A stretch of DNA of 64,000 nt, taken from positions 7,936,001-8,000,000 of the forward strand of contig JAQFVV010000005.1 in assembly GCA_028023455.1 (NCBI GenBank), read 5' to 3'. The DNA is from Epiperipatus broadwayi (Eukaryota; Animalia; Onychophora). The notes under the pieces are model-generated. The model had not been told where the DNA came from. It saw nothing but the letters and a program-made list of their open reading frames with translations, and did no database searches. Both the position numbers and the translations under genes were made by a program. Below, in pieces: positions 60,378 to 64,000 of this stretch (positions are counted from its first letter, which is position 1; every line of letters starts with the position of its first letter).

Positions 60378-60463
60378 GTTGAATAGAGGGAGTATGATGC
60401 CATACTCTCTCACAAACTGAGTTGAATAGAGGGAGTATGATGCCATACTCTCTTACAAACTGA
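60378..60463. repeat. Two tandem 43-bp units, each an 11-bp stem-loop
   Basis: gttgaatagagggagtatgatgccatactctct(c/t)acaaactga x2; stem gagggagtatg/catactctctc. Confidence 0.9.
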
Positions 60464-60885
60464 TGGACTGCCTATAATGCAACTGAAAGTAATCTAGGAA
60501 CAAAATGCAACCTCCTATGTAGTGAAATAAAGACCTCCCATGCTTTAAGATGAAATGCCTCTCAAGAATATGGATCTCCCAAGCCATCACCCAATATCAT
60601 TGGAAGATAACTTCAATATTGCCCTAGAGATTCATTAACTTTATTTAATTCATTATAAACTCTATTTAACTTCCTTAATATAATTTTCTCACTGTAACAC
60701 ACTGGTGGTGTAATACCAGTGATATTTATTTATATTTAATATCTCATTTACAACTCTATAACCCTATGAAATCTACCTGTAATCTTCTATTTCAATTTCA
60801 TGCTTTATTTTTATTGTAAATTTTCGCATGGTAAATAATTTCCTCAATTATTATTATTTTATGTATTTTAATTGAATTGTAATTA

Positions 60886-62047
60886 ATATGCCAATCCAAC
60901 CCAATCTCATAAGCATGTTTTTGAGTATTATAAATTCCATTAAATCAGGGATGTCGAATTAATTTAAGTTACTTTATTATCAATGCACTCACTCATTAGG
61001 TTGAGTAACAATCAAATAATGCTATATGTTTAAGGGCAGATTGTTATAATACTGCAGTATTTATTAGTAATATTGATTCACTGTCAGTATAAATGCTATT
61101 AATAAATTTCTACTTATAATATAACAACCATTGATTTGCAGTGCCTTCAAGCATGATTGCATATAGGATCTGTTTGATGAAGAGATAATATATTCATTTT
61201 ATTATTATGACATTCACTTAGTTATTTAAATAATAGTTATTTTATAGTTGGTTTATTTTATAAATCTGTCATTATGCTTGATCTTTATATTTAGACTTTA
61301 GTATTCAAATGTCATTAGAGATGTACTTATTTTACTCAGCATTGCTGGCATAAGTCAGCCTTCATAATTATATTTTGCTTTGTCATTTTAGATTGTCAGA
61401 AACTCCAAATCTACTCCTTCATTGTTTTAGTTCTGAAAGAGCATTGATCTTGCCCTAGAACTTTTGGATTGAGTAGTAAATGCTCTGCATGGAATGATCC
61501 TGGGACAGCCAGCCCATAACATCTTCCTACATTCCTCCTCTCCAGGTATTACTCCATCAGAAGAGTGGGCGTACTTTCTACTTTTATTAAATGATCATCT
61601 CATCAGCCAAAAATGGACCAAACTTCTTTTCTTACTGCCATCCATGCTAGCACTGCCATTCATTAGCACCACCCTTCATTATTAGTATTTTAGATTCATG
61701 CCTAAGCAAGGTCTATAAGTCATAATGCTGTGATAAGACAACCTTTTTGTTACTCATTAATTTATTGCATTTAGAATATCATGAGAAAGCTTGCATATAA
61801 GCTATTTACCCTTTAAGTTAATGATTCTCAGATGCATTAAATTTGTTTTCTTATTTTTGATTATAAATTCAAAAATTTGATGCACAACGTCTTGTTATAT
61901 TAAATATGTGACAATTGCATATTAATTTTACTTTATTGTAAACAATCTTTCTGTCTTTTGTTCCCTAGAATTAACAAATGAGAGAAAGGGCATTGATTTA
62001 TTATAGCTATATGTATATGTTTCACGTATGATTGAAGTGGCATCGAT
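60886..62047 (-). mobile_element. Old dispersed repeat, copy B (homologue of 33181..34383)
   Basis: Colinear from atatgccaa... to gaagtggcatcgat; same orientation as copy A. Confidence 0.5.
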
Positions 62048-62073
62048 CATATCGTGATTATATATATATATAT

Positions 62074-64000
62074 TGTAACGGAAACCCAGTGGATCGAAAG
62101 GCTTAAACTTCCCTTTTATATAGATATAATGGGGAATTCTTATAATTCAAGATCGCCCACTTTCCTCTACCACAAGCAGAGAGAAAATACGGTCATAAAC
62201 GAGTCTATACCCGTACTTGACCGAACTTGTATGCTATACAGGTATAGCTCAAGTTATATTTCTCGGTCAACCTTCTCCCGACTGCTGTAAGATTTAACAG
62301 AGTTACAGCACTTGGATAATTATAAATTTAATGGGATCAAATACTGCACCACTAGCTTCACGTGTTAATTAAGTGCTCAAATGCATAATAATTATTTCCC
62401 AACCCTAAGATTCTATTATTTTGGAAGTGGCGAAGAAAGAGACGAAATAGATTTTACATAAATAAAAGATATTTAATACAATAAATTATAATCAAAGAAA
62501 CACTCAAAATTATAAACACTCAATATAAAAAACAGATTATGCTATAACACTACAAAAAATAAATAAAATACAATAGAAGATTCTATAAATGATTGCAATC
62601 TGTGGAAATAACTTATCCCTTTATAGTCATTTCAAATATTCAAAGAGTCTAATTAATGTCTATCTTATTGTATGTGGGATTGGCAATTGCATTAAATTTA
62701 AAGGTATGTGCACATAATTATATAAAATGTCTTATTCATAATTACCTAGGTGATAAAGTCTTCGAATAAACTTGGCATCTTGCTGACCGTCCCGTGGAAT
62801 TTTTCCCACTTCTTTAGTAGGGAACGGTCGCTCTTCGGTTATATTTGATTGTTGGAACTCCTCCATATTGTGGGCATCAAGGCAAGGCAAAAACGAACTC
62901 CTCGGCAGGCGCTATGTCGGCAGTTGTTACATCGAGACACGAACCATTATAGCATGGAAGTCTGGATCGACCGGCTATCATGACTGGCCCTTAGCCACAC
63001 ATCCTCAAATCTTCCCTTATGTTATAGTTTGTTTTCATGTTCCCAAAATTTAACTTTTCATGCCTGCTTTCTATTATATTTCTCTCCTTCTTATCAGAGC
63101 AGTGTCCTCACTGAAGTCTCGACCAATACTGTTTTTCAATTAATTAATTAATGATCTTTATTTTTCAAATTCTTTCCTTATCTTGATCTCTTGCAGGGTT
63201 TTTTTTATTTCACACCTTTTTACTTTAAAAATGCTTTCAACAACTTATACAAAATTTTTTATAATTTGATATAATTTTATAATATAATATTTTAAATTTA
63301 TTTCTCAATCATTTTCTTTAAATAAATTATTTCATTTTGACATGAAATAATTTGTACTCTCTTTATTCATACATTCACACATGCATTTCATTTTTGTCAA
63401 AATGTGTAATTTTAAGAACAGATCTTTATCTTTTCGTTGCATTCTAAATTTTACTTATATTTTATTTAAACTTCCCCAACTATCGCTTTTGTTTTTATAT
63501 CATTAAGTTTTTTATTTTATTTATATTTCATTTTTCATTTTTTTTAATCTTACACTAAACACATGATATCAATATTTTTTAACCTTAACATTTCTATTCT
63601 TTCTAAAATCTGAACTTTGAAGGGTAAAAGATAAGAATCATTTCGATTCTAATTTTCCCTCTTTTTTTGATTAAACATTTCTTTGTTTTGTAAATTTTTT
63701 TTAAACTCACTTTTTTTATAACCCAAGCACAATATTTAACATTCATTAAATGTCAAATATCTGTATGTGTGACCGCAGTATGTGCGATCATCACCTTACA
63801 CCGTTCCCCTCCTTTAAAATTTTTTCTTAAAAAATTTTAACTTACTGCACTTCAAGCTAGATGCTCCTAACTACTGTTAGAACCATTTTATATCTATTTA
63901 CTCCTACTATGACTTAGTGATGAGATTATTCCTAGAGAGGCAACCAGGCAAATTACAACCTACTCTGATGACCCAACCAGCATTGTTAAACCAATTTAAT
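62074..64000 (-). mobile_element. 3' end of a second LTR retrotransposon: 1727-bp LTR (62074..63800), PPT (63804..63815) and start of internal region
   Basis: Minus strand reads AAAGGAGGGGAA, 3-nt spacer, TGTAAG ... ending CCGTTACA followed by (AT)n at 62059..62073. LTR length and AT-rich/GC-richer layout resemble the 48-54 kb LTRs. Confidence 0.75.

Overview
Very AT-rich animal (invertebrate-type) genomic DNA made mostly of decayed transposable elements, with one long intact gene. No prokaryotic features, rRNA, tRNA or CRISPR are supported. The gene is a 1239-aa single-exon ORF (25334..29053, minus strand) of the Mab-21/cGAS-like receptor (cGLR) family. Its nucleotidyltransferase core is split by an unassigned ~900-aa insertion, and the third catalytic acid appears replaced by Lys. 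The most striking non-coding signal is a set of short repeat families carrying minimal type I hammerhead ribozymes with palindromic loop III (retrozyme-like): ~400-bp units at 3009..4390, ~423-bp units at 42389..43283, ~112-bp units at 15271..15692, and CpG-decayed copies at ~31.0-31.9 kb and 34.9 kb. The three arrays share one architecture: two oppositely oriented arms whose 3' ends point outward (into (TA)n in two of the three), as expected from twin-primed reverse transcription of circular RNA. Two dead Penelope-like elements, the class usually proposed to mobilise such RNAs, lie at 15191..18517 and 20827..23838. Also present: a near full-length but frameshifted L1/Tx1-type LINE (4459..10290, minus), an internally deleted Ty3/gypsy relic (~548..2995), a 6.2-kb gag-only LTR element with 1.7-kb LTRs (47974..54171), a further 1.7-kb LTR with PPT at the right edge, a hAT MITE end, and several hairpins and local tandem duplications. 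All identities and alignments were done by eye.
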